DNA of 64,000 nucleotides from assembly GCA_034189315.1 (NCBI GenBank), contig JAXHVC010000224.1, positions 281 through 64,280 of the forward strand. Direction: 5' to 3'. The notes under the pieces are model-generated. The model was not told the DNA's origin, did not search any database, and saw only the letters and a program-made list of their open reading frames with translations. The DNA is from Chloroflexota bacterium. Lineage in GTDB: Bacteria > Chloroflexota > Dehalococcoidia > UBA2247 > JAXHVC01. Numbering within the stretch: the stretch's first letter is position 1; each line of letters starts with the position of its first letter. Below are positions 48,315 through 58,935 of the stretch, piece after piece. The position numbers were made by a program, and so were the translations under genes.

Positions 48315-49667
48315 CTATCGCAAGAATCCCTCATAACGCCTCATTAACAACTGTGCCTCAATCTGACGCATAGTGTCTAATGCCACGCCTACTACTATCA
48401 ATGCACCAGCACTACTTAGTATCATAAAACCAGTTTGTTCGACTTCTGGGGCAATCCACTGTGTGAAAAATGGAGCGATTGCCACCATCCCCAGGAATAT
48501 CGCCCCTCCCCAGGTGATTCGATATACAACCTGATCCAAGTATTCCGAAGTGTGTTTTCCAGGCCTTATACCTGGAATAAATCCCCCCTGCCTCTGCAGA
48601 TTTTCGGCAAGATTTTGCTGTTCAAATGTCACCATTGTATAGAAGAAAGCAAAACCAATAACTAACGCGAAATATATTAGCCAATACGGATAGCTAGAAA
48701 TTTCAAATCCATCGGTGATGTTAATTACTGGTCCATTACTAGGATCGAAGAATCTAGCTATAGATTCAGCTGTAGAATTATCTCCAAAATATGAGGCTAT
48801 GGTCCCTGGTAGCATCACTAAAGCCATGGCAAAGATCAAAGGAATCATTCCCGCCATATTAACCCTTAAGGGTATATGGCTAGATCCCGCTTGCCGATAC
48901 ATCCTTCTTCCCCTAAACACGCTTCGTGAATACTGTACAGGGATTCTCCGGTATGCCTCAGTGACATATACGACAAGTACAACGATAGCTAGCGAGAATA
49001 TGCCTAGCTTCATCAAAGTCCACCAACCACCAGCTTCTTGTGTCTTCCACATCATCTCAGGGACCGTAACAATAATACCAGAGAATATTATCAAGGATAT
49101 CCCATTCCCAATACCCCTCTCAGTTATACGCTCTCCCAACCATACTAGGAATAGGCTACCACATGTCATCACCACTATGGTAGTTGCTATCATCATTGGA
49201 TCCCATTGTTCAGCTGTAATCAATCCTTGGTTGCGCATCATAGCAACCAAACCATAACCCTGCAGTGCAGCTAATGGCACCATTAGCCAATGCGTATACA
49301 TATTTATCTTTTCTCTTCCACTCTCACCTTCTTTGGCTAATGACTGCAATCTGGGTATAACAGGTACAAGCAACTGCATGATAATCGATGCTGTTATGTA
49401 AGGATATACACCCATGGCTACTATGCTAAAATCTCTCATAGCTCCGCCGCTAAAAAGATCAAGCATTCCAAAAAGTGCATTTTCTTCGTAGAACGTCATG
49501 AGCCGGTCCAGCATATCAGCGGTTACAATTGGTGCTGGAACTTGAGCAATGAAGCGGAATAGAATTAGTATGGCCAAAGTAAATAGAAGCCTGACCCTCA
49601 GATCAGGCAAACTAAAGGCATCTACCATTGCCTGCAGAAGACGTGGTCTTGATTCCCTAGCCCTCAT
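48315..49667 (-). CDS. secY: Preprotein translocase subunit SecY
   Basis: 450-aa ORF with 10 transmembrane segments. It lies between rplO and adk. Confidence 0.95.
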   Translation of the reverse strand: MRARESRPRLLQAMVDAFSLPDLRVRLLFTLAILILFRFIAQVPAPIVTADMLDRLMTFYEENALFGMLDLFSGGAMRDFSIVAMGVYPYITASIIMQLLVPVIPRLQSLAKEGESGREKINMYTHWLMVPLAALQGYGLVAMMRNQGLITAEQWDPMMIATTIVVMTCGSLFLVWLGERITERGIGNGISLIIFSGIIVTVPEMMWKTQEAGGWWTLMKLGIFSLAIVVLVVYVTEAYRRIPVQYSRSVFRGRRMYRQAGSSHIPLRVNMAGMIPLIFAMALVMLPGTIASYFGDNSTAESIARFFDPSNGPVINITDGFEISSYPYWLIYFALVIGFAFFYTMVTFEQQNLAENLQRQGGFIPGIRPGKHTSEYLDQVVYRITWGGAIFLGMVAIAPFFTQWIAPEVEQTGFMILSSAGALIVVGVALDTMRQIEAQLLMRRYEGFLR

Positions 49668-50113
49668 ACTTGCTCTGCCTTACCACCTGCATTTATTATT
49701 TTTTCTCTGGCCGTATTGGAAAACATATTGGCCCTGACAACCAGAGGATGTCTTAATTCACCTTCTCCAAGTACCTTTACTCGGTTCCTACTTGTCCTTA
49801 TAAGCCTCGCGGACTCGAGGTCTTCAACACCTACTGTTGTTTCTGGTTGAAACCGGTTAAGGTCACCTACATTAATCACCTGATACTTTACAGTAAACGG
49901 GTTTGTGAATCCACGCTTATGAGGAAGTCTTTTTACTAGTGGTAGCTGCCCTCCCTCAAAGTATGGCGATACTCCCCCTCCGCTACGGGATTTCTGTCCT
50001 TTACAACCTCGCCCTGAATAACGCCCCCTCCCACTACCTGCACCTCTACCTACACGCCTTACTGCTTTCTTGGCTCCAGGAGCATATGTTAATTCATGCT
50101 GACCTGACATCAT
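49664..50113 (-). CDS. rplO: 50S ribosomal protein L15
   Basis: ...[18 protein letters not shown]... Confidence 0.93.
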   Translation of the reverse strand: MMSGQHELTYAPGAKKAVRRVGRGAGSGRGRYSGRGCKGQKSRSGGGVSPYFEGGQLPLVKRLPHKRGFTNPFTVKYQVINVGDLNRFQPETTVGVEDLESARLIRTSRNRVKVLGEGELRHPLVVRANMFSNTAREKIINAGGKAEQV

Positions 50114-50306
50114 CCCCCTCTTCGACCTGAACCAAATGTCTTACCTTTAATATCATGCCTCTTATCGTCGGATTATCGTCATGGATAACCTTTTGATTCA
50201 AACGTCTCAATCCCAGTGCCTTTATTGTATCTCGCTGGTCTTGAGCGTATCCGATATAGCTCTTCGTCCAGGTTATAGTCAATTTGCTCACTTGTTTTAT
50301 CCCCAC
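50094..50306 (-). CDS. rpmD: 50S ribosomal protein L30
   Basis: 70-aa [22 protein letters not shown]... Confidence 0.9.
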   Translation of the reverse strand: MGIKQVSKLTITWTKSYIGYAQDQRDTIKALGLRRLNQKVIHDDNPTIRGMILKVRHLVQVEEGDDVRSA

Positions 50307-50377
50307 GCTATTGCCAAACTACCCTATGGTCGATAGTCTTTTAATTTATCTGGGTACTCTCCGAACTTGTTCGTATA

Positions 50378-50908
50378 TTAATTACGTTTATCTCCCTCGA
50401 TTGAGGCTTTACGTTTAGCAACTACTTCTTCCGGTATCCTCAAAGCCGTCAAACCCTCCATCGTAGCTTTAACTACGTTTATAGGATTCGAGCTACCTAA
50501 TGATTTTGTTAAAATATCTTTAACACCAACAGCTTCTAGCACTGCACGCGCCGCTCCACCGGCAATAACACCCGTCCCCGGAACCGCAGGTTTAAGTAAT
50601 ACTCTAGATGCTGCATACTTTGCTTCAATCTCGTGAGGAACAGTTCCCTCTCTTAAAGCAACCGTCCTTGTATTCTTTCTTGCTACAACTCCAGCCTTTT
50701 GTATCGCCTGGGCAACCTCACCAGCTTTGGCCATTCCTATACCAACGGTACCATTGCCATCTCCAACAACTACCAAGGCGCTGAACCTAAGCCGTCTACC
50801 ACCTTTTACTACCTTTGCTATACGCCTAACCTTTATTAGTCGTTCTGTCAATACAATTTCTCGCTCTTCTTCCATTGACACAGTTCCCCCGGCAAACTCA
50901 CGGCTCAA
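50378..50908 (-). CDS. rpsE: 30S ribosomal protein S5
   Basis: ...[25 protein letters not shown]... Confidence 0.95.
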   Translation of the reverse strand: MSREFAGGTVSMEEEREIVLTERLIKVRRIAKVVKGGRRLRFSALVVVGDGNGTVGIGMAKAGEVAQAIQKAGVVARKNTRTVALREGTVPHEIEAKYAASRVLLKPAVPGTGVIAGGAARAVLEAVGVKDILTKSLGSSNPINVVKATMEGLTALRIPEEVVAKRKASIEGDKRN

Positions 50909-51273
50909 AATACTAGCCCGCCTTCTCTGGCAGCCTCCGCTAGTGCCTTTACACGTCCATGGTACTTGTATCCGCCTCTATCGAAGGCAACCTGCGATAT
51001 TCCTTTTTCGGTTGCCCGTTTGGCTATCGAAGCTCCAACCATTTGTGCACATGCGACCTTGGTCTTTCCTTCAACCTCATCTCTGATTTCGAGATCAAGT
51101 GTTGAACTGGCAACCATGGTTATGCCCTGACTATCATCTATGATCTGAGCATACACATGATTAGCACTTCTGAATACATCTAGCCTTGGTCTATCGGCAC
51201 TGCCTTTTACTTTATTTCGGACACGCATATGCCTTCTTACACGCGCCGCTCTAGAATCAACTCTCTTCCCCAT
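50905..51273 (-). CDS. rplR: 50S ribosomal protein L18
   Basis: ...[20 protein letters not shown]...GGYKYHGRV... Confidence 0.95.
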   Translation of the reverse strand: MGKRVDSRAARVRRHMRVRNKVKGSADRPRLDVFRSANHVYAQIIDDSQGITMVASSTLDLEIRDEVEGKTKVACAQMVGASIAKRATEKGISQVAFDRGGYKYHGRVKALAEAAREGGLVF

Positions 51274-51391
51274 ATTCCTTCTCGTCCTAAGATCCTACCT
51301 TCTTTAACCCATTCCGCGACTTAGTTTTTGATCCTTTTTTTTATTTGATATAGAAGATAATTCTAAACCTATATAGGCTAATTTTCTATCC

Positions 51392-51940
51392 CTACTTCTT
51401 CTTGCCAACAGCTTTCTTTCCGGGTTTAAGGTGTATTTTCTCGTTGGCATATCTCACACCCTTACCTTTATAGGGATCTGGTGGTCGTACCGACCTAACC
51501 TCAGCTGCTACCTGTCCAACAGATTCTTTATCAATCCCCATAACTTTTATACGATTTGTGCCTTCAACAACAAAGCTCACTCCTCTTGATGGAGTGAGCT
51601 CCACGGGATGGCTATGTCCTACCTGCAGTACAAGATTATCGCCGGACATACGAGCACGATATCCGGCTCCAACCACATCCAGATCTCTCACAAACCCTTC
51701 AGACACACCCTCTACCATGTTCGCTACAAGACTACGAACAAGACCGTGCTGTGCTCGGTGAGGCTTTGCATCTGATGGACGTGATACCGTGAGTGTATCT
51801 CCATTCATTTCTATGGAAATATCTGGTACGAACGTCCTGCTCAGTTGCCCTTTTGGTCCAGTTACACTAACAGTGCTACCCGATATATCAACCTTCACAC
51901 CTGATGGTACAGGTATGGGATTACGTCCTATTCTTGACAT
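51392..51940 (-). CDS. rplF: 50S ribosomal protein L6
   Basis: MSRIGRNPIPVPSGVKVDISG... Confidence 0.95.
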   Translation of the reverse strand: MSRIGRNPIPVPSGVKVDISGSTVSVTGPKGQLSRTFVPDISIEMNGDTLTVSRPSDAKPHRAQHGLVRSLVANMVEGVSEGFVRDLDVVGAGYRARMSGDNLVLQVGHSHPVELTPSRGVSFVVEGTNRIKVMGIDKESVGQVAAEVRSVRPPDPYKGKGVRYANEKIHLKPGKKAVGKKK

Positions 51941-51961
51941 TATGTCCTTCCAAACAGATGT

Positions 51962-52360
51962 TCACCACACGTAACAGAGAAGTTCTCCACCTAGATTCTG
52001 TCGCCATGCCTGCTGTCCAGTCATCAGCCCTCGAGATGTCGATAAAACCGCAATCCCTAGACCACCATATACACGAGGTATTTCTTTCCTCTGAACATAC
52101 ACTCTTAGCCCTGGCTTACTAACTCTTTTTAACCCAGTTATGAAAGGTTGTTTAGCTTCATCGTACTTTAGATGAAGCTTGATGGTACGTTGTCCTCGAC
52201 CTCGCAATATCTCGTAGTCTCTGACAAACCCCTCTTCCTTGAGAATGGTAGCCATTGCAGTTTTTGTCTTCGAGGCAGGAACCATCACTACATCCTGCCT
52301 AACCATGATGGCATTCCTCATCCTCGTGAGCATATCAGCTATAGGATCACTAGTGCTCAC
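51962..52360 (-). CDS. rpsH: 30S ribosomal protein S8
   Basis: [17 protein letters not shown]... Confidence 0.95.
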   Translation of the reverse strand: MSTSDPIADMLTRMRNAIMVRQDVVMVPASKTKTAMATILKEEGFVRDYEILRGRGQRTIKLHLKYDEAKQPFITGLKRVSKPGLRVYVQRKEIPRVYGGLGIAVLSTSRGLMTGQQAWRQNLGGELLCYVW

Positions 52361-52370
52361 AACATCCCCT

Positions 52371-52556
52371 TTACCAACTTGATTTCCTTACGCCGGGAAT
52401 CTCGCCTCTCAATGCAAGTTCTCTGAAACATATCCTACATAGGCCGAACTTACGCATATATGCTCGCGGACGACCGCATAGGACGCAACGATTACGGTGC
52501 TGCACTTTAAACTTGGGAGACTTTTGCCACTTTGCTACTTTTGAAGCCTTGGCCAT
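52371..52556 (-). CDS. rpsZ: 30S ribosomal protein S14 type Z (zinc-binding, 61 aa)
   Basis: [61 protein letters not shown]. Trimmed to the second Met; the six-frame ORF extends to 52577. Confidence 0.9.
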   Translation of the reverse strand: MAKASKVAKWQKSPKFKVQHRNRCVLCGRPRAYMRKFGLCRICFRELALRGEIPGVRKSSW

Positions 52557-52563
52557 AACCCAT

Positions 52564-53154
52564 TTACCCTCGCTCAAACGGCATCCCCATCAACTCAAGG
52601 AGACACCTAGCTTCTTCATCGGTACGAGCAGTGGTCACAATAGTAATTTCCATCCCTCGAACCTTATCTACCTTATCGTATTCGATCTCTGGGAACATGA
52701 TCTGTTCCTTAAGCCCTAAAGAATAGTTCCCTCCTCGATCGAAAGAATTTCTTGGCACACCTCTGAAGTCACGAATTCGTGCCAAAGAAACATTCAATAG
52801 CTTATCTAGGAAGTCATACATTCTCTTTCCACGAAGCGTAGTCATCATGCCAATCGGCATGCCTGTCCTCAATCTGAAAGATGCGACAGACTTCTTGGCC
52901 CTAGTAGTTACTGGTTTCTGGCCACAAATGGCCGAAATATCCTTCTCTACAGCTTCAAGACTCTTGGGATTCTGAATAGCCTCTCCCAAACCAACATTGA
53001 TTACTACCTTCTGCACTTTGGGTACCTGCATCACATTGCTGTAGTTATATTGCTTTAGCATAGCAGGTACAACTTCTTGTTTATACTTTACTTTTAATCT
53101 TGAACTATCGTCTTCTTTATACAAAGCTCTTGCCTTCCTTAAGCTACTCAACAA
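52564..53154 (-). CDS. rplE: 50S ribosomal protein L5
   Basis: ...[31 protein letters not shown]... Confidence 0.95.
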   Translation of the reverse strand: MLSSLRKARALYKEDDSSRLKVKYKQEVVPAMLKQYNYSNVMQVPKVQKVVINVGLGEAIQNPKSLEAVEKDISAICGQKPVTTRAKKSVASFRLRTGMPIGMMTTLRGKRMYDFLDKLLNVSLARIRDFRGVPRNSFDRGGNYSLGLKEQIMFPEIEYDKVDKVRGMEITIVTTARTDEEARCLLELMGMPFERG

Positions 53155-53455
53155 CTTCGTTACATCGATGACAATACCGGATCTTCTTTCCGTCCGCCAA
53201 GAAGCGAAATCCTATACGTGTGGGTTTGTTACATTTTTCACATATCAACTTTACACTGGATACATCTATAGGGGATTCTCTCTGGATGATTCCTGCTTGG
53301 CGAGCTACACCTCGCGCCCTAGCATGCCGTTTTATCATGTTCATACCTTCAACAAGTACTGAATCATCTTTAGGGTATGCATGACGGACTTTACCCTTTT
53401 TCCCCTTGTCTTTACCTGCAATAATTAAAACCGTATCATTCTTGCGAATCTTCAT
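53144..53455 (-). CDS. rplX: 50S ribosomal protein L24
   Basis: [23 protein letters not shown]... Confidence 0.95.
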   Translation of the reverse strand: MKIRKNDTVLIIAGKDKGKKGKVRHAYPKDDSVLVEGMNMIKRHARARGVARQAGIIQRESPIDVSSVKLICEKCNKPTRIGFRFLADGKKIRYCHRCNEVVE

Positions 53456-53472
53456 TGTATCTCAACCGTATC

Positions 53473-53841
53473 CTAAATTACTTCCGGTGCTAAAGATATG
53501 ATTTTAGCAAAGTTCTTTTCTCTTAATTCCCTTGCAACAGGTCCAAAGATCCGCGTTCCCTTAGGATTGTTCTGATCGGTCAATATTACTGCAGCATTAT
53601 CATCAAATCTGACATATGTACCATCGCGCCGACCATAACAATTTGTAGTTCTTACCACAACGGCTTTAACTACATCTCCCTTTTTCACTGCGCCGCCTGG
53701 AACAGCTTGTTTAACCGAAGCGACTATAATATCACCCACACCAGCATATCTCCGCCTGGAGCTCCCTGGTATGTTAATACACATTATCTTCTTTGCCCCA
53801 GTATTGTCTGCCACGTTCAATCTACTATAAGACTGTATCAT
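53473..53841 (-). CDS. rplN: 50S ribosomal protein L14
   Basis: [22 protein letters not shown]... Confidence 0.95.
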   Translation of the reverse strand: MIQSYSRLNVADNTGAKKIMCINIPGSSRRRYAGVGDIIVASVKQAVPGGAVKKGDVVKAVVVRTTNCYGRRDGTYVRFDDNAAVILTDQNNPKGTRIFGPVARELREKNFAKIISLAPEVI

Positions 53842-53883
53842 CCTTATCGTTCCTTAGAATCCTGCGCTTAGCAGTTACCCAGC

Positions 53884-54129
53884 CTATTGATTAACCAGTT
53901 CCTCAACACACCACCTCTTTGTTCTTGATAAAGGTCGTGTTTCCTTAACCCTTACGGTATCTCCGATTCTGCATCGGTTTTCCTCATCATGAGCCTTTAG
54001 CTTTGTCCTATATTTGACCGTCTTCTTATACAAGGGATGTCTTCTAGGGTATTCAACCAAAACTACCACAGTCTTATCCATCTTATCGCTTACTACTTTA
54101 CCAGTCTTCTGTTTATATTTTCTTTCCAC
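53884..54129 (-). CDS. rpsQ: 30S ribosomal protein S17
   Basis: ...[17 protein letters not shown]... Confidence 0.93.
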   Translation of the reverse strand: MERKYKQKTGKVVSDKMDKTVVVLVEYPRRHPLYKKTVKYRTKLKAHDEENRCRIGDTVRVKETRPLSRTKRWCVEELVNQ

Positions 54130-54137
54130 TTAACCCC

Positions 54138-54335
54138 CTAGCTTATCCCCAGCTCTCTCTCCCTGATAACAGTATTAATTCTGGCTATATTCTTCTTCAC
54201 AGCCCTTACTTCACGATGATTCTTTAGCTGCATTGTAGAAAGGCGAATCCTTAGATTGAAAAGATCTCTATGCGCCTCATCTAGTTGAACTATAAGATCG
54301 CGGTCGCTGAACCCTCTCACATCAGAAACCTTCAA
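54138..54335 (-). CDS. rpmC: 50S ribosomal protein L29
   Basis: 65-aa [32 protein letters not shown]... Confidence 0.9.
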   Translation of the reverse strand: MKVSDVRGFSDRDLIVQLDEAHRDLFNLRIRLSTMQLKNHREVRAVKKNIARINTVIRERELGIS

Positions 54336-54763
54336 CTACCTTCATTCCTTTCAGTTTCTCTAGCCACAAACTTGGTATCTATAGGAAGCTTATAGGAGGC
54401 GAGACGCATAGCCTCCTTGGCCGTACTTTCATTAATACCGCTTATCTCGAACATCATCCTTCCAGGTTTCACCACAGCCACCCAATGATCAGGATCTCCC
54501 TTACCACTACCCATACGAGTTTCCCCCGGTTTCTTTGTAACTGGCTTGTCGGGGAATACACGTATCCAAAGCTTTCCACCCCTGCGTAAATATCTAACCA
54601 TCACACGACGTGCAGCTTCTATCTGGCGTGCCGTTATCCACGCCCTATCTGCTGCTTGTAGGCCAAATTCACCAAATGCCACAGTATTACCTACCTGGGC
54701 ATTACCTCTTCTCCGACCTCTATGTACTTTCCGTCGCTTTACTCTCTTCGGTTGTAACATCAT
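54332..54763 (-). CDS. rplP: 50S ribosomal protein L16
   Basis: [20 protein letters not shown]... Confidence 0.95.
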   Translation of the reverse strand: MMLQPKRVKRRKVHRGRRRGNAQVGNTVAFGEFGLQAADRAWITARQIEAARRVMVRYLRRGGKLWIRVFPDKPVTKKPGETRMGSGKGDPDHWVAVVKPGRMMFEISGINESTAKEAMRLASYKLPIDTKFVARETERNEGS

Positions 54764-55544
54764 CCACCTGCTCTTCTATACCTACCGCTTCATCCTCAAC
54801 ACCATTGGTTTTCCTCAATTCTTTTTTATCCTTTTCTTGTTCATTGCTCAATTCATTTTTTTCTTCACTGACTACTTCTTCCGCTGCCTCGGTTTCCTCT
54901 TCTCGATCCTTCAACTCCGGAAGAATATCGCCTTTGTAGATCCATACTTTTATTCCAATACGTCCTAGCAGCGTTTTAGCTTCCGTCACCCCATAATCAA
55001 TATCTGCTCTTAGAGTATGAAGTGGTACGCGCCCTTCTCTCATAGTTACGGTTCGCGCTATTTCCCCTCCACCTAACCTACCAGAACAGGTTATCTTTAT
55101 CCCTTGTGCCCCAGCCTCCATGGTGCGCCCAATAGTACGCTTCATGATACGTCTATAGGGAACTCTTCTCTGTATTTGCTCTGCAATTTCTTGGGCTACC
55201 AGAGTGGCATCCAAACTTGGTTGTCTTATCTCGCAAATATTAATTTGGACCTTTTTTCCAACTAATTTTTCCAGTCTTTGTCTCAACTCATCAACTTGCT
55301 GCCCTCCTCGCCCAATCACAATACCAGGCCTAGCAGCATGTACATCTACTGTAACTTCTTTAGCTTGCCTACCGATTTCAATTAACGATATACCCGCACC
55401 GACGTACTTCGAGCGAATAGCTTTTCGTATACTAACATCTTCATATAATAACTGTGCATAATCCCGATCAGCGTACCATTTCGATCGCCAATCCTTTACA
55501 ATCCCAATTCTCAGGCCTATCGGATGAACCTTTTGCCCCATCAA
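54720..55544 (-). CDS. rpsC: 30S ribosomal protein S3 with an acidic C-terminal extension
   Basis: [14 protein letters not shown]... with a KH domain and a ~60-aa Glu-rich tail. It overlaps rplV by ATGA. Confidence 0.95.
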   Translation of the reverse strand: MMGQKVHPIGLRIGIVKDWRSKWYADRDYAQLLYEDVSIRKAIRSKYVGAGISLIEIGRQAKEVTVDVHAARPGIVIGRGGQQVDELRQRLEKLVGKKVQINICEIRQPSLDATLVAQEIAEQIQRRVPYRRIMKRTIGRTMEAGAQGIKITCSGRLGGGEIARTVTMREGRVPLHTLRADIDYGVTEAKTLLGRIGIKVWIYKGDILPELKDREEETEAAEEVVSEEKNELSNEQEKDKKELRKTNGVEDEAVGIEEQVDDVTTEESKATEST

Positions 55545-55876
55545 GCCTCCTCTTCAACCACAACAGTAATATGGGATGAGTGTCTACGTATTGGATTAAC
55601 TCTACCCCTTGCTTGAGGACGCACCCTCTTCATAATAGCCCCCGAATCAATAAGTATCCTTGTTATCCTTTGATCAGACGGAGAGATCTGAAAATTGTTC
55701 TCCGCATTTGCCGCGGCTGCCCTTATAACCTTAGCCACTGCTCTAGCTGATGGGCTTGGAGCCAAGTCTAGTAATGCTGTAGCATCCTCTACTTTTCTTC
55801 CCTTCATCGAGTCGGCCACCGGACGCAGTTTTTTGGGGGATATGCCTATATGTCTTGCTACCGCTCTAGCTTCCAT
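55541..55876 (-). CDS. rplV: 50S ribosomal protein L22
   Basis: MEARAVARHIGISPKKLRPVAD... Confidence 0.95.
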   Translation of the reverse strand: MEARAVARHIGISPKKLRPVADSMKGRKVEDATALLDLAPSPSARAVAKVIRAAAANAENNFQISPSDQRITRILIDSGAIMKRVRPQARGRVNPIRRHSSHITVVVEEEA

Positions 55877-55878
55877 TT

Positions 55879-56175
55879 CTATTTCTTTCCACCCTTACCG
55901 CCTGGACCTTTTCCCGACTTTCCAACATGTCCTCTGAAGGTCCGTGTTGGGGCAAATTCTCCAAGCTTATGCCCCACCATATTCTCACTAACTAATACAG
56001 GTACATGTCTTCTTCCATCATGCACTGCAAATGTTAGCCCGATCATCTCTGGTATTATCGTGGAAGCTCTTGACCATGTTTTGATAACACTCTTCTCTTT
56101 TGTGCGGCTAGCCGCCTCCACTTTTTTCATTAACTTCGCGTCTATAAATGGGCCCTTCTTAGTTGACCTTCCCAT
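55879..56175 (-). CDS. rpsS: 30S ribosomal protein S19
   Basis: [20 protein letters not shown]... Confidence 0.95.
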   Translation of the reverse strand: MGRSTKKGPFIDAKLMKKVEAASRTKEKSVIKTWSRASTIIPEMIGLTFAVHDGRRHVPVLVSENMVGHKLGEFAPTRTFRGHVGKSGKGPGGKGGKK

Positions 56176-56191
56176 ATCCGCACCCCAAGCT

Positions 56192-57013
56192 TTACTTTCT
56201 CCGCTTTACAATCAGCCTATCGCTCCGCTTCTTGCCCCTAGTCCTAGGCCCAAGCGCTGGCTTTCCCCATGGTGTTTTCGGTGGCATCCCTCTAGGAGCC
56301 CTACCCTCACCACCCCCATGAGGATGATCTCGCGGTGTCATTGCAGAACCTCTGACTGTAGGCCTCCACCCCATCTGCCTCTTACGTCCGGCCTTCCCAA
56401 TGTTTATACTCTGGTGTTCTACATTCCCTACTTGACCAATTGTGACCCGACAGTGATTTAGTATCTTGCGGATTTCACCTGAAGGCATACGTATCATTGT
56501 ATACCTATCTTCTCTCGCCACTACCTGAGCAGCACTACCCGCAGTTCTTACAGCCTGAGCCCCTTTACCAGGATAGAGCTCTACATTGTGAATCATTATA
56601 CCCACAGGAATACGCCTCACGGGCATCGCATTCCCTGAACGTATTTCCGCATCATCATCTGAGATTACGCTGCTTCCCACCGTCAATCCAAGAGGTGCAA
56701 GGATATACCTTTTCTCACCATCGGCGTATTCCAGCAAAGCGATACGGGCAGACCTATTAGGATCATACTCAATAGCAATGACTTCCGCCGTAACCCCGAT
56801 TTTATCTCTCTTAAAGTCAATAATACGGAGTCTTCTCTTTGCCCCTCCCCCTCGATGACGTACTGTAATCCTCCCCTGATTGTTCCTCCCCCCTTTTTTA
56901 CGCAATGGAGCCAGGAGAGATTTTTCAGGCTTCTTCCTCGTAATCTCTTCGAAAGTTGCCCCTGTCATACCCCTCCTGCCAGGAGAGGTGGGTTTAAATA
57001 CCTTAATCCCCAT
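56192..57013 (-). CDS. rplB: 50S ribosomal protein L2
   Basis: [18 protein letters not shown]... with a C-terminal [10 protein letters not shown]. Confidence 0.95.
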   Translation of the reverse strand: MGIKVFKPTSPGRRGMTGATFEEITRKKPEKSLLAPLRKKGGRNNQGRITVRHRGGGAKRRLRIIDFKRDKIGVTAEVIAIEYDPNRSARIALLEYADGEKRYILAPLGLTVGSSVISDDDAEIRSGNAMPVRRIPVGIMIHNVELYPGKGAQAVRTAGSAAQVVAREDRYTMIRMPSGEIRKILNHCRVTIGQVGNVEHQSINIGKAGRKRQMGWRPTVRGSAMTPRDHPHGGGEGRAPRGMPPKTPWGKPALGPRTRGKKRSDRLIVKRRK

Positions 57014-57027
57014 GATGCCCTTCTTGT

Positions 57028-57312
57028 CTACACACCCTCAAAGAGTTCTATCTTTTGTCCCGTTTTCAGGCTTACTACTGCCTTTTTCCAAGGCGATGAC
57101 TGGATTCGACGCCTACCTACACGTCTACTCTTCCCTGGAACCCAGATGATATTCACATCTGTAACATTAACCTTGAATGCCTTCTCCACCGCTAGTTTGA
57201 CTTGCCACTTATTGGCATTCTTAGCTACCTCGAAGGTATATTTACCCTGTTCCGAGAGTAGTGTGTTTTTCTCAGTGACTACCGGACGCCGCAACACCTC
57301 ATACAGATCCAT
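57028..57312 (-). CDS. rplW: 50S ribosomal protein L23
   Basis: [19 protein letters not shown]... Trimmed to the internal Met; the six-frame ORF extends to 57333. Confidence 0.9.
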   Translation of the reverse strand: MDLYEVLRRPVVTEKNTLLSEQGKYTFEVAKNANKWQVKLAVEKAFKVNVTDVNIIWVPGKSRRVGRRRIQSSPWKKAVVSLKTGQKIELFEGV

Positions 57313-57973
57313 GTTTCCCCCACCTAATCTCAACCTCCCGAGCTGCTGGCACTGTCATAACTAGATATTTGTGAGAGATAATATCTGCAACATTCAGCAC
57401 AGGAGCAGGCAAGGTCTTTACTCTGTGCAGATTGTTACACGCACGAATAACAGCTTCCTCTGGTTCCAGTGTCACAACCAGAAAAGAGGATTTCTCCCTA
57501 CCAGACTCGCTCTGCGCCTTACTCAAGAAGATATCTTTTACTGCTTCGAGTATATTAGCCATCTCTTTGGTCTTAGCTTGACCAAGCGTCAATTCGTCTA
57601 TCAAGACCAGTCTATCTTCGCGAGCTTTATCTGAGAGTACACATCTCAAAGCCAACTGCCGCATCTTTTTGGGCATTTTCTGATTAAATACCCTCGGGTG
57701 TGGTCCAAATATCACACCACCCCCTCTTAGTAAAGGAGATTTCACCGTACCACGACGTGCCCATCCTGTATGCTTCTGACGAAATGGTTTCCGAGTGCTA
57801 CCCCTAACATTCCCTCTTGTTTTGGTAGAAGCTGTTCCCGCACGGGCATTCGTTAATTGCCTCACTACGGCCTGATGCACCACCGGTTTATTGAATGGTA
57901 TGTTGAACACACTATCATCTATATCGATGGTATCAACAGCTTTTCCCGACGTATCGTAAACCGAAACTTCCAT
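57299..57973 (-). CDS. rplD: 50S ribosomal protein L4
   Basis: MEVSVYDTSGKAVDTIDIDDSVF... Confidence 0.95.
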   Translation of the reverse strand: MEVSVYDTSGKAVDTIDIDDSVFNIPFNKPVVHQAVVRQLTNARAGTASTKTRGNVRGSTRKPFRQKHTGWARRGTVKSPLLRGGGVIFGPHPRVFNQKMPKKMRQLALRCVLSDKAREDRLVLIDELTLGQAKTKEMANILEAVKDIFLSKAQSESGREKSSFLVVTLEPEEAVIRACNNLHRVKTLPAPVLNVADIISHKYLVMTVPAAREVEIRWGKHGSV

Positions 57974-57982
57974 TGCGTTCGT

Positions 57983-58603
57983 CTACCTAACTCTCGACTT
58001 CCTTACCATTACAAGCTGCCCAACTGCTCCTACCACTCCCCCTCTAACAAACAACAAGCTACTATCTGGCTCAACTTTAACTACTTTCAAATTCTTTATG
58101 GTTACCCTCTCGCTACCCATATGTCCAGCCATACGTGTACCCTTAAACACCCTACCAGGATAAGTAGTGCCTCCAATCGACCCAGGCGCCCTTCCCCTAT
58201 CCGACTGTCCATGAGTTTTGGGACCACCCCCAAAATTATGTCGTTTCATCCCACCAGCAAAACCTTTCCCCTTTGAGATTCCAACGACATCCACCAAATC
58301 ACCTGGAGCAAACATGCTAACATCCACTTTTTGCCCTATTTGCACTTCTGCCAGATTATCATCATCCCTAAACTCACGCAGGTGTTCAAGATAGTGCTGT
58401 ACTGGCTTTAGATGCCCCTTCTCTGGAGAATTAAGCTTTGCGCCATCTCCAAAACCAAGTTGTATCGCCCGATAGCCATCATTCTCCACAGTTTTGATCT
58501 GGGTAACGAAGCACGGTCCAACTTCTAACGCAGTGACTGAGACGGCGAATCCATTCTCATCAAAGAAGGTAGCCATACCTAATTTTTTTCCCAAGCATCC
58601 CAA
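57983..58603 (-). CDS. rplC: 50S ribosomal protein L3
   Basis: ...GKKLGMATFFDENG... Confidence 0.95.
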   Translation of the reverse strand: MGCLGKKLGMATFFDENGFAVSVTALEVGPCFVTQIKTVENDGYRAIQLGFGDGAKLNSPEKGHLKPVQHYLEHLREFRDDDNLAEVQIGQKVDVSMFAPGDLVDVVGISKGKGFAGGMKRHNFGGGPKTHGQSDRGRAPGSIGGTTYPGRVFKGTRMAGHMGSERVTIKNLKVVKVEPDSSLLFVRGGVVGAVGQLVMVRKSRVR

Positions 58604-58618
58604 CTTCTTGATACTCTC

Positions 58619-58927
58619 CTACAGCTTCATCTCTATATCCACGCCTGACGGCAAATTCAAGCGAGTAAGGGCCTCAATGGTCTTCGACGTAGGATCCAGT
58701 ATATCAATAAGACGCTTATGCGTACGTATCTCAAACTGCTCCCGCGAATCCTTATCAATAAAAGGGGATCGTACAACACAGAATTTCTCAATACGGGTAG
58801 GTAAAGGGATCGGCCCTGCAATCTGTGCCCCAGTTCTTTCTACAGTCTCGATGATCTGCAAAACAGATTCATCAAGAATTCTGTGATCAAATGATTTCAA
58901 TCTGACACGGATCTTTCTTTTCGCCAT
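58619..58927 (-). CDS. rpsJ: 30S ribosomal protein S10
   Basis: [19 protein letters not shown]... Confidence 0.95.
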   Translation of the reverse strand: MAKRKIRVRLKSFDHRILDESVLQIIETVERTGAQIAGPIPLPTRIEKFCVVRSPFIDKDSREQFEIRTHKRLIDILDPTSKTIEALTRLNLPSGVDIEMKL

Positions 58928-58935
58928 TTCTTACC

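Noticed and set aside
54546-56461. Several long plus-strand ORFs (140, 109, 203 aa) within the ribosomal cluster
   Set aside because: Antisense shadows of rplP/rpsC/rpsS/rplB. Low-complexity Ser/Leu-rich translations.
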